64,000 nt of DNA from Acaryochloridaceae cyanobacterium VAR_48_metabat_390 (GTDB taxonomy: Bacteria > Cyanobacteriota > Cyanobacteriia > Thermosynechococcales > Thermosynechococcaceae). Positions 1 to 9,900 of this stretch are shown here, piece by piece. The stretch spans positions 1 through 64,000 of the forward strand of contig JANPLU010000123.1 in the NCBI GenBank assembly GCA_031422435.1, read 5' to 3'. A program made the translations under genes and the position numbers. The notes beneath the pieces are model-generated. The model ran no database searches, was not told where the DNA came from, and saw only the letters and a list, made by a program, of their open reading frames with translations. The first letter of the stretch is position 1; every line of letters begins with the position of its first letter.

Positions 1-108
1 GCAGGCAAAGGTCACGAAGACTATCAAATCTTAGGGACTGAAAAAGTCCACTTCGATGACCGTGAAGAGGCTGAAGTTGCGCTACGGCAGCGCCTTAGTA
101 ATCGCTAA
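1..108 (+). CDS. murE: UDP-N-acetylmuramoyl-tripeptide synthetase, C-terminal end (partial)
   Basis: Frame 1 reads [24 protein letters not shown]...*, the conserved MurE C-terminal motif; TAA at 106-108. Confidence 0.9.
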   Translation, partial: AGKGHEDYQILGTEKVHFDDREEAEVALRQRLSNR

Positions 109-217
109 CCAGAGAATGAATTTTCTAGACGGTAAGATACAATCCAATCCCATGAGCCAGCGGGTGATACATTAAGGGCTGCTTAAAAATAGCTCAAGCC
201 TCCGTCATCACAGTGCT

Positions 218-1474
218 ATGAATCTATCGACCATTATTCTGGCGTTTCTTGGTTTGGGGATCTTATTTGGCGCACTGCTCAATGGCACATTTCCAGCGGC
301 GATCGCCCCCCTCGACCACTACCTCCTGACCCCTATCGGCGAGGTTTTTCTGCGGCTGATTCAGTTTGTAGTGGTACCCATCGTATTTTGCTCCATGATA
401 CTGGGGCTAACCCGCATCCAAAATGCAGCACAGGTGGGGCGATACGCCATCAAGCTGTTGAGTAGCTATGTCATCACCAGCATAGTTGCCACTGCCCTTG
501 GGATGGGCATGGCCTTTCTGCTAAAGCCAGGAGAAGGAGTGACAGGGTTTAGCCTTCCCGAAGGCTTGGCGCAGGCAAAAGGTGTATCCCTGCTCGATTG
601 GCTGGTGAGTTTAGTGCCCGTTAACCCTCTAGAAGCCTTAAGCACCGCCAACCTGCTGCAAATCATCGTCTCCGCCGCGCTCATCGGCATTGCAATCCAG
701 TTTGTAGGGGATAAGGCATCCAGCTTTTTGGCCTTTATCGAAAGCTGCTATGCCATCTTTGAAAAAGTATTGGCTCTGGTGCTGTACGTTGCGCCCATTG
801 GCGTATTTGCCCTAATCAGCTCCGTCATTGCCACCCAAGGGCTAGAGATTATTTTGCGGCTGCTGGTGTATGTGTTGGGGCTGTTTACCACTACTGCTCT
901 CATGATTGGCATTTATACCTGTATCTTGTTTGCCTTACGCGCCAAACCGCTCCACTTTTTTCGCAGCCTTTCCCCTGCGCTCTCCCTTGCTTTTGGCACC
1001 GCCAGCTCCAACGCGGCCCTGCCCATCGTCCTCCAAAATGTTCAGGAAAGCTACGGTCTGCGCCCTGAAATTGCGACCTTTGCACTGCCCTTGGGGACTG
1101 CCCTAAAGCGCGATGGTTCAGCAATTTTGCAAGGGTTTAATGCCCTATTTATTGCCCAGGTTTATCAGGTGCCGCTCACATCTTCAATGCTGCTGGCGAT
1201 CGCCGTGAGTACCCTTCTCGTCTCCTTCAGCACCCCTGGTGTCCCAGGGTCAGCGCTCATTACGATGACGACGGTGCTATCTGCAGCAGGGCTACCGATT
1301 GAAGGCGTGGCGATCGTGGCAGGGGTAGATCGGTTAACCGATGGGTTTAAAACCGTACTGAATATTGTGGGGAATACCACCAACGCCATTATTTTGAGCC
1401 ATTGGGAGCCAGAACAAATTGCTGTTTCTGTTGAGAAAAAAATTCCAGAACTTCAACCCAATCTCCCTTCCTAA
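218..1474 (+). CDS. Dicarboxylate/amino acid:cation symporter (DAACS/GltP family)
   Basis: 418-aa multi-TM protein with FLRLIQFVVVPIVF, TASSNAALP, PGVPG and GVDR motifs. Confidence 0.9.
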   Translation: MNLSTIILAFLGLGILFGALLNGTFPAAIAPLDHYLLTPIGEVFLRLIQFVVVPIVFCSMILGLTRIQNAAQVGRYAIKLLSSYVITSIVATALGMGMAFLLKPGEGVTGFSLPEGLAQAKGVSLLDWLVSLVPVNPLEALSTANLLQIIVSAALIGIAIQFVGDKASSFLAFIESCYAIFEKVLALVLYVAPIGVFALISSVIATQGLEIILRLLVYVLGLFTTTALMIGIYTCILFALRAKPLHFFRSLSPALSLAFGTASSNAALPIVLQNVQESYGLRPEIATFALPLGTALKRDGSAILQGFNALFIAQVYQVPLTSSMLLAIAVSTLLVSFSTPGVPGSALITMTTVLSAAGLPIEGVAIVAGVDRLTDGFKTVLNIVGNTTNAIILSHWEPEQIAVSVEKKIPELQPNLPS

Positions 1475-1553
1475 TGTTGTGGATTGCGAAAACAGCGGGT
1501 GATGCAGTAAACCTGACTTAGCATAAGAAAAGATCTCATCACAGGCAGGCACT

Positions 1554-2393
1554 ATGATCGTTGAACCCGCACAACCCGTAACAGAACGCGAATGGTGGGC
1601 ACAGCGATGGATTGATGTTCTAGAATCCTTTGGCTGGCGACGGCGACTAGAACGCGCCAGAAACTATGTGCGTGAAGGACGAGTGCTGTCTCTCAACTTC
1701 CAAGGTTCCCAGGTGTTGGCTCAAGTGCAGGGCACTGCCCCAGAACCCTACGCAGTCTCCTTAGGGCTAGACTCCTTCACTGAGGAGCAGTGGGGCTACG
1801 TGATTGAAGAACTCTCCACACGCGCCATTTTTGCCGCAAAGCTGCTCGCTGGGGAGATGCCCCAAACTATTGAAGATGCCTTTACCGCCAGCGGACTTAG
1901 CCTATTTCCCTTTAGTAAATTTGATATTCATAGCACCTGTGACTGCCCCGACCCTGTGAATCCGTGCAAGCATATCGGCGCGGTATACTATCTTTTGGGC
2001 GACTACTTTAGCCAAAACCCCTTCATTTTGTTTGAGCTGCGAGGGCGCAATAAAGCGCAAATTATCGAAACCTTGCGTCAATTGAGGAGTGATCCAGACG
2101 CTGCGTTTGCGAATTCATCTCCCACCCCCACAGAACACCTGTCCGTATTACCTGACCTTGCTCTACGATTTTGGCAGTACAACGTCCAGCTTGATCCTTC
2201 TCTCGTTGTCATCGCGCCACCCCCTACTCAAGAAAATGTGTTGGATGTGTTAGGGGCATTTCCTCTAGAAGAGGCAGTCTTATCCTCAGGCAGCAGTGGA
2301 ACAGCGGGACAGAAGCTTTTAGAGGCGCTGCGACACATGTATCAGCAGGTGTATTATCAAAGTCTGATGACTGCCATGCAAACTAGGGAATAA
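1554..2393 (+). CDS. SWIM zinc finger protein
   Basis: CDCPDPVNPCKH (CxC...CxH) SWIM motif; RLERARNY N-terminal motif. Confidence 0.9.
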   Translation: MIVEPAQPVTEREWWAQRWIDVLESFGWRRRLERARNYVREGRVLSLNFQGSQVLAQVQGTAPEPYAVSLGLDSFTEEQWGYVIEELSTRAIFAAKLLAGEMPQTIEDAFTASGLSLFPFSKFDIHSTCDCPDPVNPCKHIGAVYYLLGDYFSQNPFILFELRGRNKAQIIETLRQLRSDPDAAFANSSPTPTEHLSVLPDLALRFWQYNVQLDPSLVVIAPPPTQENVLDVLGAFPLEEAVLSSGSSGTAGQKLLEALRHMYQQVYYQSLMTAMQTRE

Positions 2394-2498
2394 TTTTGCA
2401 ACCTACGGCTTGGCGTTGAGCGGTGGCAGACACGCTTTGTCATATAGCAGCATAGACAAAGTGTTCCATTGTCAGAAAATAGAGAATAACGAGGTATT

Positions 2499-2846
2499 TT
2501 AAGTAAGATTAGACTTGTTTAGATAATCACTGAGGGTTCGAATCAGTTTTTTATGCCGCTCAGAAGAAATAGAGCCAATTGAACCAATGATTTTATTTCG
2601 TGGCAACACTGACAGAAAGCCCAGCCTAATCAAAGATTTTGTTTTTAATCCACTGGAAATAAAATCTATATCTTCAGATGAAATGATTTCATCAAAGCCT
2701 CGGACTAACTGATGTAATTGAGTGCTAATACCGCAGACAAGAAAATCTTTGTAAGGTGGTAATTCTCGTAAAATAACTCCAGGTCGATTCTTTATCGCTC
2801 CATTAGCTTGTGAGACGGGTACGAGGATTACATCACCTTCCTTCAT
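2499..2846 (-). CDS. PemK/MazF family toxin (endoribonuclease)
   Basis: MKEGDVILVP...KNRPGVIL...VCGIST...SGLKTKSLIR pattern; overlaps the upstream small gene. Confidence 0.85.
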   Translation of the reverse strand: MKEGDVILVPVSQANGAIKNRPGVILRELPPYKDFLVCGISTQLHQLVRGFDEIISSEDIDFISSGLKTKSLIRLGFLSVLPRNKIIGSIGSISSERHKKLIRTLSDYLNKSNLT

Positions 2847-3069
2847 ATTCGGCGTTGAACTCCTTAATTAAGTCTAACGAATATTCGATCTCATCTGATT
2901 CATAAGCATCTCCAAGCCTTTTTCCAGATAAATCAAGCCATTCTTCTCGCTCAAGATCATCGGTTGGCAATACAGTAACAATCAGTTTTGTATTTGGCTC
3001 TAGCTCTAAGGCTTCGTCTAAAAGAATACGATTGCCATCAAAATGAGCTTTAACAGATGTAGGGTTCAC
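2833..3069 (-). CDS. Putative antitoxin partner of the MazF toxin (DUF104/AF2212-like N-terminus)
   Basis: 78 aa, AHFDGNRILLDEALELEPNTKLIVTV followed by an acidic tail; AGGAG RBS before the GTG start; overlaps the toxin start. Confidence 0.7.
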   Translation of the reverse strand: MNPTSVKAHFDGNRILLDEALELEPNTKLIVTVLPTDDLEREEWLDLSGKRLGDAYESDEIEYSLDLIKEFNAEYEGR

Positions 3070-3091
3070 TTGTTTATCTCCTAGATAAATG

Positions 3092-3754
3092 TTATTTCGA
3101 CTGAATTAAATACCCACAGCGATGCTCGCCATTGACGATCCAGTGGGTGCGCTCGACTTTGCAGTTTTGGAGCGCCACGGCAAACATTTCTAGCTCATGA
3201 CCACAAACGCTTGGAAATGACTCTGCAACGTGAGAAATGGCGCAATTGTATTCCGTCAAAATAAATTGGGTGGCGATCGCAGGCTCTACATCTTCTGGAA
3301 TTGGGTAAAACTCTGCCATGTACCCTTCTGCCTGTCTTAGCTGCACTAGCCCAGCCACCCGTTCAGCCAAAGTTCCTTCCCCCAACTCGCGCTGATACTC
3401 GATCGCCTTTCGCTGCCACTGCTGCCGCAAAATCGACTGCATTCCGTCAGCGCCTACGGTTTGGGCAAGGGTATCTAGTAAATCTAGGGCAAAATCATCG
3501 TGACGATTGGGGAGGCGATCGCGGCCTTCTCGACTCAGGCAATACACATGTTGCGGTCGTCCTAAGCCTGACTGATTATTTTTGAACTCAATCAGTCCTT
3601 CTGTTTCTAAATCCTTGAGGTGACGACGAATCGCCTGCGGACTGACTGCAAGCCACTCTGCTAATGCCTGAGCCGTCGCCTGACCCCGCTTTAACAGAAG
3701 ATTAAGGATATCTTGTTTCGTGGAGGCTGTCGTAGTCACAATAATTTTTTCCAA
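3092..3754 (-). CDS. sufR: Iron-sulfur cluster biosynthesis transcriptional regulator SufR (start may be GTG at 3739)
   Basis: N-terminal HTH, C-terminal NCAI...VCGHELEMF...HRCGY cysteines; divergent from sufB. Confidence 0.95.
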   Translation of the reverse strand: MEKIIVTTTASTKQDILNLLLKRGQATAQALAEWLAVSPQAIRRHLKDLETEGLIEFKNNQSGLGRPQHVYCLSREGRDRLPNRHDDFALDLLDTLAQTVGADGMQSILRQQWQRKAIEYQRELGEGTLAERVAGLVQLRQAEGYMAEFYPIPEDVEPAIATQFILTEYNCAISHVAESFPSVCGHELEMFAVALQNCKVERTHWIVNGEHRCGYLIQSK

Positions 3755-3762
3755 GACTTTGA

Positions 3763-3816
3763 CAACGGGTTTGTTGCTAAAGTAGTCTTATACAGAGTTA
3801 CGCAATCTCAGAGTTG
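3763..3816. promoter_or_regulatory. SufR operator pair
   Basis: Perfect CAAC-GGGTTT-GTTG (3763-3776) and imperfect CAAT-CTCAGA-GTTG (3803-3816), 26 bp apart, matching the known cyanobacterial CAAC-N6-GTTG arrangement. Confidence 0.85.
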
Positions 3817-3973
3817 TTTAAGTCATTATACACGCGCATCAGCGAAGGCCAGCAATGGCAAAAAGCCTAAATGCTCGATAGGGTAAAGGTTTTAAGCCTA
3901 AATCAGATCAAATCTAGAAGCGTGTTTATGCTTGGCTCCTTGTTTTAAGAGACTTTAAGAGAGAACGCATCCC

Positions 3974-5410
3974 ATGACTGCAACCGCCCAAACCCTGGTT
4001 AATCAGCCCTATAAGTATGGCTTTGTCACCGACATTGAGTCAGAGCAGATCCCTGCTGGACTGAGTGAGGATGTGGTGCGGCTCATCTCTGCCAAAAAAG
4101 AAGAGCCACCCTTCATGTTGGAGTTTCGCTTAAAGGCGTATCGTCAGTGGCTCAAAATGGCGGAACCGCTATGGGCACATGTGCATTACCCTGCCATTAA
4201 CTACCAAGATATTGTGTATTACTCTGCTCCCAAGCAGCAGATCAAGAAAAATAGCCTGGATGAAGTTGACCCCGCGCTGCTCGAAACCTTTGAGAAACTG
4301 GGAATCCCTATTTCTGAGCAAAAGCGACTCTCTAATGTGGCAGTAGATGCCGTGTTTGATAGCGTTTCTGTTGCAACAACCTTTCGCGCCAAACTCGCCG
4401 AAGACGGCGTAATTTTTTGCTCTATTTCTGAAGCGGTCAAAGACTACCCAGAGTTAGTCGAAAAGTACCTCGGTAGCGTCGTGCCCGTGGGTGATAACTT
4501 CTTCGCTGCACTCAACTCAGCAATATTTAGCGATGGCTCTTTCGTGTTTATTCCCAAAGGTGTGAAATGCCCGATGGAGCTTTCTACCTATTTCCGCATC
4601 AACACCGAAGGCGCAGGCCAATTTGAACGGACGCTGATTATTGCCGAAGAGGGCGCTCAGGTCAGCTACCTCGAAGGCTGTACTGCCCCCATGTTTGACA
4701 CCAACCAGCTCCACGCCGCTGTGGTAGAACTGGTGGCGCTTGACAACGCCGACATCAAATACTCCACCGTCCAAAACTGGTACGCGGGTGATGAAAACGG
4801 TAAAGGTGGCATCTACAACTTTGTAACCAAACGCGGTCTCTGCGCTGGCAAAAATTCCAAGATTTCCTGGACTCAGGTTGAAACAGGTTCTGCCATCACC
4901 TGGAAATACCCAAGCTGCATTCTTGTGGGCGAAAACTCAATTGGTGAGTTTTATTCTGTGGCGCTGACCAACCACTGTCAGCAGGCTGATACAGGCTCCA
5001 AAATGATTCACGTTGGCAAAAACACCCGCAGCACCATTATTTCTAAGGGGATTTCGGCTGGGCGATCGCAGAACAGCTACAGAGGCCAAGTCAAGGTAGG
5101 GCCGAAGGCAGAGGGGGCGCGGAATTATTCCCAGTGTGACTCAATGCTGATTGGCGATCGCGCCCAAGCCAACACCTTCCCGTACATCCAGGTGCAGAAC
5201 AACACCTCTAAAGTTGAACACGAAGCCTCCACTTCCAAAATTGGTGAAGACCAATTGTTCTACTTCAGCCAGCGGGGTATTTCTGCCGAAGACGCGGTGT
5301 CCATGATGATCAGCGGCTTCTGTAAGGATGTATTTAACCAACTGCCGATGGAGTTTGCCGTAGAAGCTGACAGACTTCTAAGTCTCAAACTAGAAGGCAG
5401 CGTCGGCTAG
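3974..5410 (+). CDS. sufB: Fe-S cluster assembly protein SufB
   Basis: [10 protein letters not shown]...FSDGSF...ELSTYFRIN...KLEGSVG typical SufB sequence. Confidence 0.98.
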   Translation: MTATAQTLVNQPYKYGFVTDIESEQIPAGLSEDVVRLISAKKEEPPFMLEFRLKAYRQWLKMAEPLWAHVHYPAINYQDIVYYSAPKQQIKKNSLDEVDPALLETFEKLGIPISEQKRLSNVAVDAVFDSVSVATTFRAKLAEDGVIFCSISEAVKDYPELVEKYLGSVVPVGDNFFAALNSAIFSDGSFVFIPKGVKCPMELSTYFRINTEGAGQFERTLIIAEEGAQVSYLEGCTAPMFDTNQLHAAVVELVALDNADIKYSTVQNWYAGDENGKGGIYNFVTKRGLCAGKNSKISWTQVETGSAITWKYPSCILVGENSIGEFYSVALTNHCQQADTGSKMIHVGKNTRSTIISKGISAGRSQNSYRGQVKVGPKAEGARNYSQCDSMLIGDRAQANTFPYIQVQNNTSKVEHEASTSKIGEDQLFYFSQRGISAEDAVSMMISGFCKDVFNQLPMEFAVEADRLLSLKLEGSVG

Positions 5411-5436
5411 CCACTCACCCGCCCACCCTTCGGCAT

Positions 5437-5579
5437 GGGGTTTGGGGGACGCCGCCGTCCCTCAATGGGGGGCACGGGGGGCTAGACCCCCGAAATTCAC
5501 AACCGGACAGTTAAGACCCTCTCCCTTCGACAGGCTCAGGGCAACGCCCCAACCCCTCTCCCAGAGCGGGAGAGGGGAG
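5437..5579. repeat. Cluster of GC-rich palindromic dispersed repeats between sufB and sufC
   Basis: Hairpins TTGGGGGACG/CGTCCCTCAA (5442-5465) and CCCCTCTCCC/GGGAGAGGGG; the latter is related to the repeat at 36227-36275. Confidence 0.7.
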
Positions 5580-5625
5580 TAAGAAACAAAACAGATTTTA
5601 GTTATTGGCGGAGACACACATCGGA

Positions 5626-6417
5626 ATGATTATTGAAAACAGCGAGGTCATCCTCTCAGTCAAAGATCTCATCGCCGAAGTCGGCGGCATCGAAATTCTT
5701 AAAGGACTCAGCCTAGAGATCAAAGCAGGCGAAATCCACGCCATCATGGGACCTAACGGCTCCGGCAAAAGCACCTTTTCCAAAGTCCTGACCGGACACC
5801 CTGCCTACACGGTCACAGGTGGCGAAGTATTTTTTAAAGGCCAAAACCTCTTCGATTTAGAGCCTCAAGACCGCGCTCGTGAAGGGATTTTTCTATCCTT
5901 TCAATACCCCCTCGAAATACCTGGCGTCAGCAACCTCGACTTTTTGCGCGTTGCCTACAACTCCAAACAGAAGCATAAAGGACTCGAAGAAATTGATGCC
6001 TTTGATTTTGACGACCTCATCCGCGAAAAGCTGGAAATTGTCAAAATGAACCCCGCCTTTCTTGACCGGAGCGTCAACGAAGGCTTCTCTGGCGGTGAGA
6101 AAAAGCGCAACGAAATTTTGCAAATGGCGCTCTTAGAACCCACCCTTGCCATTTTGGATGAAACCGATTCTGGCTTAGATATTGATGCCCTCAGAATTGT
6201 TGCAAACGGCGTGAACCAACTCACCCATCCCAACAACGCCGTTTTGATGATTACCCACTATCAGCGTCTGCTCGACTACATCGTGCCCGACTACATCCAC
6301 GTCATGGAAGGCGGTCGCATTGTAACCACAGGCGGTAAAGAACTGGCTTTTGAACTTGAAGAGCGTGGCTACGACTGGATTACTGACAACGAACCCGTTG
6401 AAGTAGGTGCCCGATGA
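5626..6417 (+). CDS. sufC: Fe-S cluster assembly ATPase SufC
   Basis: GPNGSGKST Walker [28 protein letters not shown]. Confidence 0.98.
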   Translation: MIIENSEVILSVKDLIAEVGGIEILKGLSLEIKAGEIHAIMGPNGSGKSTFSKVLTGHPAYTVTGGEVFFKGQNLFDLEPQDRAREGIFLSFQYPLEIPGVSNLDFLRVAYNSKQKHKGLEEIDAFDFDDLIREKLEIVKMNPAFLDRSVNEGFSGGEKKRNEILQMALLEPTLAILDETDSGLDIDALRIVANGVNQLTHPNNAVLMITHYQRLLDYIVPDYIHVMEGGRIVTTGGKELAFELEERGYDWITDNEPVEVGAR

Positions 6418-7778
6418 GCCTCCAAGTTTCTAATGTCGAAGAATTGACTGAAGTAAAGACCTTGGTAAGTGAGCAAGATCGCACCCAATATCTTTCCAGC
6501 CTTCTTGCACAGCGTAGCCCGTTGCCCCATACGGGCTGGTTACAGAACGTGCGCGATCGCGCCCAAAACCTCCTGCGTGACCAGGCGCTCCCCAGCACTC
6601 GTGACGAAGACTGGCGTTTTACCGATCTGTCTGCTCTGTATCGAACTACTTTTAAACCTGCCCAGCCTGCCGCCACTATCAGCGCTACTGAGTTAAAAGC
6701 TTGGACAACCTCCGATCTGCCGATCAGAGTTGTTGTCATCAATGGCGTATTCTCCCCCAAACACTCGACACTAGATGCACTACCATCTGGCATAACGGTG
6801 AAGCCCTTGGCAGCGACGGATGAGACAATCCAGCCCTACCTCTCGCAACAGCAAGGGATGAACGAAGTCTTTACCGCCCTCAATACCGCCAGCTTCACCG
6901 ATGGTGTTGTGATTCGGGTTGGCAAAAATCAGGTTTTTGAAACCCCCATTCATCTTTTGTTTTTGACCATTCCTGGTGCTGAACCGACGATGAGCGCCCC
7001 CCGCACCCTTGTCATTGCCGAGGCTGGAAGTTCTGCCTCGCTTATTGAAGAATATGGTGCGATAGCTTCGCACCAAGAGTCCGCCGAAGGCACTTACTGG
7101 ACAAACGCTGTCACTGAAGTTTTTGTGGCTGAAAACGCTCAACTGCGCCATACCCGCACCCAACGGGAGTCTGTCACCGCGTTTCACATTGGCAAAACCG
7201 CCGTTACTCAAGCCCGTGATAGTCGGTACGCCCTGACGACGCTAAGTATGGGTGCGCAAATCTCTCGTCATAATCCAGAAATTGTGTTGACGGGCATCCA
7301 AACCGAAACCCACCTGAATGGGCTTAACCTTGCAGTTGAAACACAGATTAGTGATACTCATTCTCTAATTCACTTTGCTCAGCCTCACTGCATTGCTAAG
7401 CAGTTGCACAAGTGCGTTGTAAATGACCGAGCGCGAGCGGTCTTTAACGGCAGAGTTGAGGTGCCCAAAGCTGCTCAGCAAACCAACGCCGCTCAGCTCA
7501 GCCGAAATTTGCTGCTATCGCCCAAAGCGCGGGTGGATACAAAACCTCAGCTTGAAATTGTGGCAAATGACGTAAAGTGCGCCCACGGTGCCACGGTCAG
7601 CCAACTCGACGATGAAGAAGTTTTTTATCTCCAAAGTCGCGGTCTGGATCGCAAAGATGCCTGCGATATTCTTGTGAAAGGGTTTGCGGCTGAAATTACC
7701 GAGAAAGTGCCTTCGGTAGAACTGCGATCGCGTCTCTTAACCTCAATCCTCTCTCTCATCCGCAACGAACGCACATAG
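6414..7778 (+). CDS. sufD: Fe-S cluster assembly protein SufD
   Basis: [14 protein letters not shown]...[17 protein letters not shown]; operon position. Confidence 0.97.
   Translation: MSLQVSNVEELTEVKTLVSEQDRTQYLSSLLAQRSPLPHTGWLQNVRDRAQNLLRDQALPSTRDEDWRFTDLSALYRTTFKPAQPAATISATELKAWTTSDLPIRVVVINGVFSPKHSTLDALPSGITVKPLAATDETIQPYLSQQQGMNEVFTALNTASFTDGVVIRVGKNQVFETPIHLLFLTIPGAEPTMSAPRTLVIAEAGSSASLIEEYGAIASHQESAEGTYWTNAVTEVFVAENAQLRHTRTQRESVTAFHIGKTAVTQARDSRYALTTLSMGAQISRHNPEIVLTGIQTETHLNGLNLAVETQISDTHSLIHFAQPHCIAKQLHKCVVNDRARAVFNGRVEVPKAAQQTNAAQLSRNLLLSPKARVDTKPQLEIVANDVKCAHGATVSQLDDEEVFYLQSRGLDRKDACDILVKGFAAEITEKVPSVELRSRLLTSILSLIRNERT
7059..7084 (+). repeat. 18-nt element inserted in a HIP1 site, in frame within sufD
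   Basis: GCGATAGCTTCGCACCAAGAGTCCGC matches the reverse complement of 21671-21696 at 23/26 positions. Confidence 0.75.
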
Positions 7779-7786
7779 GACAGATT

Positions 7787-9040
7787 ATGGTTGCAACCCA
7801 AGTAAGGACACTGGCTGACGAACTGCGCCTAGACTTTCCGATTTTGTATCAGGAAGTAAACGGCAAACCCTTGGTGTACCTCGATAACGCCGCCACTTCG
7901 CAAAAACCCTTGGCTGTTTTAGAAGCCATCCAGCACTACTATCGCAGCGATAACGCCAACGTCCATCGCGGCGTACATACGCTTAGCTCCCGCGCTACCG
8001 ATGCCTATGAAGGCGCACGGGATAAAGTTGCAGCCTTCGTCAACGCGGCCTCTCGCCAAGAAATTATCTTTACCCGTAACGCCACCGAAGCAATTAATTT
8101 AGTGGCCTATGCTTGGGGTCAAACCACCCTTAAACCAGGAGACGAAATCATCCTCTCGGTGATGGAGCATCACAGTAACTTAGTACCCTGGCAAATTGTC
8201 GCCCAGCGCACCGGGGCCATCCTGAAGTTTGTGGAGCTAACCGAAACCCAAGAATTTGATCTCGAGCAATTTCGATCGCTAATCTCCGATAAAACCAAGC
8301 TAGTGTCGGTGGTGCATGTGTCCAATACCTTGGGCTGCATTAACCCCGTGGAAGAGATTGTGGCGATTGCCCACCACCACGGCGCAAACGTCTTAATCGA
8401 CGCTTGCCAGAGTGCCCCCCATCTTCCCCTAGACGTACAGGCCATCGACTGCGATTGGCTTGTGGCATCCGGTCATAAAATGTGTGCCCCAACGGGTATT
8501 GGGTTCTTGTACGGCAAACTCGATCTGCTGCGCTCCATGCCCCCATTTTTGGGCGGAGGCGAAATGATTGTGGATGTGTTTTTAGATCACTCCACCTATG
8601 CAGATTTGCCCAATAAGTTTGAGGCAGGTACCCCTGCGATTGGAGAGGCGATCGCCCTAGGTGCAGCCGTTGACTACCTCACAACCATCGGCATGGACAA
8701 AATTCATGACTACGAACAGGAGTTGACCGCCCATTTATTCCGTCGATTAGCCGAAATACCTGAGCTGACGATTCTTGGCCCTCAGCCGAAAGCCGATGGA
8801 AGCGGTCGCGCTGCTTTAGCCTCCTTTACGGCGGGTGAAGTTCATCCCCATGACCTCTCCACTATCTTGGATGAAGCTGGCGTGGCGATTCGGTCGGGAC
8901 ACCACTGCACTCAGCCACTGCATCGGATTTTGGGAATATCTTCTTCTGCACGGGCTAGTCTGTATTTTTACAACACTCGTGAGGAGATCGATATGTTTGT
9001 AAAGGAGCTGAAAGAGGCGATCGCATTTTTTGGTGGATGA
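7787..9040 (+). CDS. sufS: Cysteine desulfurase SufS
   Basis: [16 protein letters not shown] (PLP lysine), RSGHHC catalytic motif. Confidence 0.98.
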   Translation: MVATQVRTLADELRLDFPILYQEVNGKPLVYLDNAATSQKPLAVLEAIQHYYRSDNANVHRGVHTLSSRATDAYEGARDKVAAFVNAASRQEIIFTRNATEAINLVAYAWGQTTLKPGDEIILSVMEHHSNLVPWQIVAQRTGAILKFVELTETQEFDLEQFRSLISDKTKLVSVVHVSNTLGCINPVEEIVAIAHHHGANVLIDACQSAPHLPLDVQAIDCDWLVASGHKMCAPTGIGFLYGKLDLLRSMPPFLGGGEMIVDVFLDHSTYADLPNKFEAGTPAIGEAIALGAAVDYLTTIGMDKIHDYEQELTAHLFRRLAEIPELTILGPQPKADGSGRAALASFTAGEVHPHDLSTILDEAGVAIRSGHHCTQPLHRILGISSSARASLYFYNTREEIDMFVKELKEAIAFFGG

Positions 9041-9206
9041 CAGAGTTAAATCTCATCATATGTTTATCTTTTGACTATTTATGGGGAAATCTAGTTTAGA
9101 TAGCCCTATGTCCAGTGTTGTTCTTGTACCAAAATCTGGTATTAGATATATGTATCATTGTTTTACGTATGCATGAGCACTTAAAACCCATCTTAATTTT
9201 ACAAAA

Positions 9207-9887
9207 ATGTCTAGCTTGTACATACCAGATGAATATAAAGAAGGGTTCACTTCGCTCGGAACTCTTGATCACGAGAATTTTGCCAAGCTTATTAGGCTAC
9301 TAAACGAGGCTGGCCCTGCTACATCTTCTTCAACGTTAATTGCCAATGTATCTGCAAAATTTGATGAAGCCGTTAAAAATCATATAGTTAGCATTTTAGA
9401 GGCAGTGACAGAACTTGATGAATATCGTAGTTCTGGTGATCTTGATGTGGAAGATATTATTGAGCAGTCATACAAAGCTATCTTAGAACTTGAGACGGTT
9501 AAAACTGATGAAGATGCTCAACAAATTTATGAAAGATTAAAGCAACTCATTAATGCTGATAGCAATATAGCCATAACATCCAAAATATCTGATCTAAAAG
9601 CTGACTACGAAAAAATATTTCTGCACTCTAGAATAGTCAATGATGTAAGGCCAATTTTCGGCGAAGATTGTTCTAAAAATCCAAAAGGCATGCTAATTAC
9701 GCACAATCTAAAGATTGCTTATCGAGATATTGAAGGATTTAAGGAAATTTATCTCTCTCTTGATATGAATGATGTTTTGCAAATTTTTGAGCAAATCAAT
9801 CGAACTATTTATAAATCAAATTCTCTAGAAAAAATGTTTAGAGACTTGGGCATAAATTATTATACAGAAAGCCAAGAAGAAGACTAG
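9207..9887 (+). CDS. Hypothetical protein, possibly COMM-domain (COMMD)-like
   Basis: 226-aa AT-rich ORF; helical N-terminal half, C-terminal three-strand plus long-helix pattern. The fold is inferred by eye only. Confidence 0.6.
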   Translation: MSSLYIPDEYKEGFTSLGTLDHENFAKLIRLLNEAGPATSSSTLIANVSAKFDEAVKNHIVSILEAVTELDEYRSSGDLDVEDIIEQSYKAILELETVKTDEDAQQIYERLKQLINADSNIAITSKISDLKADYEKIFLHSRIVNDVRPIFGEDCSKNPKGMLITHNLKIAYRDIEGFKEIYLSLDMNDVLQIFEQINRTIYKSNSLEKMFRDLGINYYTESQEED

Positions 9888-9900
9888 AAATAAGACAATC

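Noticed and set aside
1554..2393. SWIM protein as half of a SWIM-SNF2 helicase module
   Set aside because: No SNF2 helicase gene is adjacent in this window.
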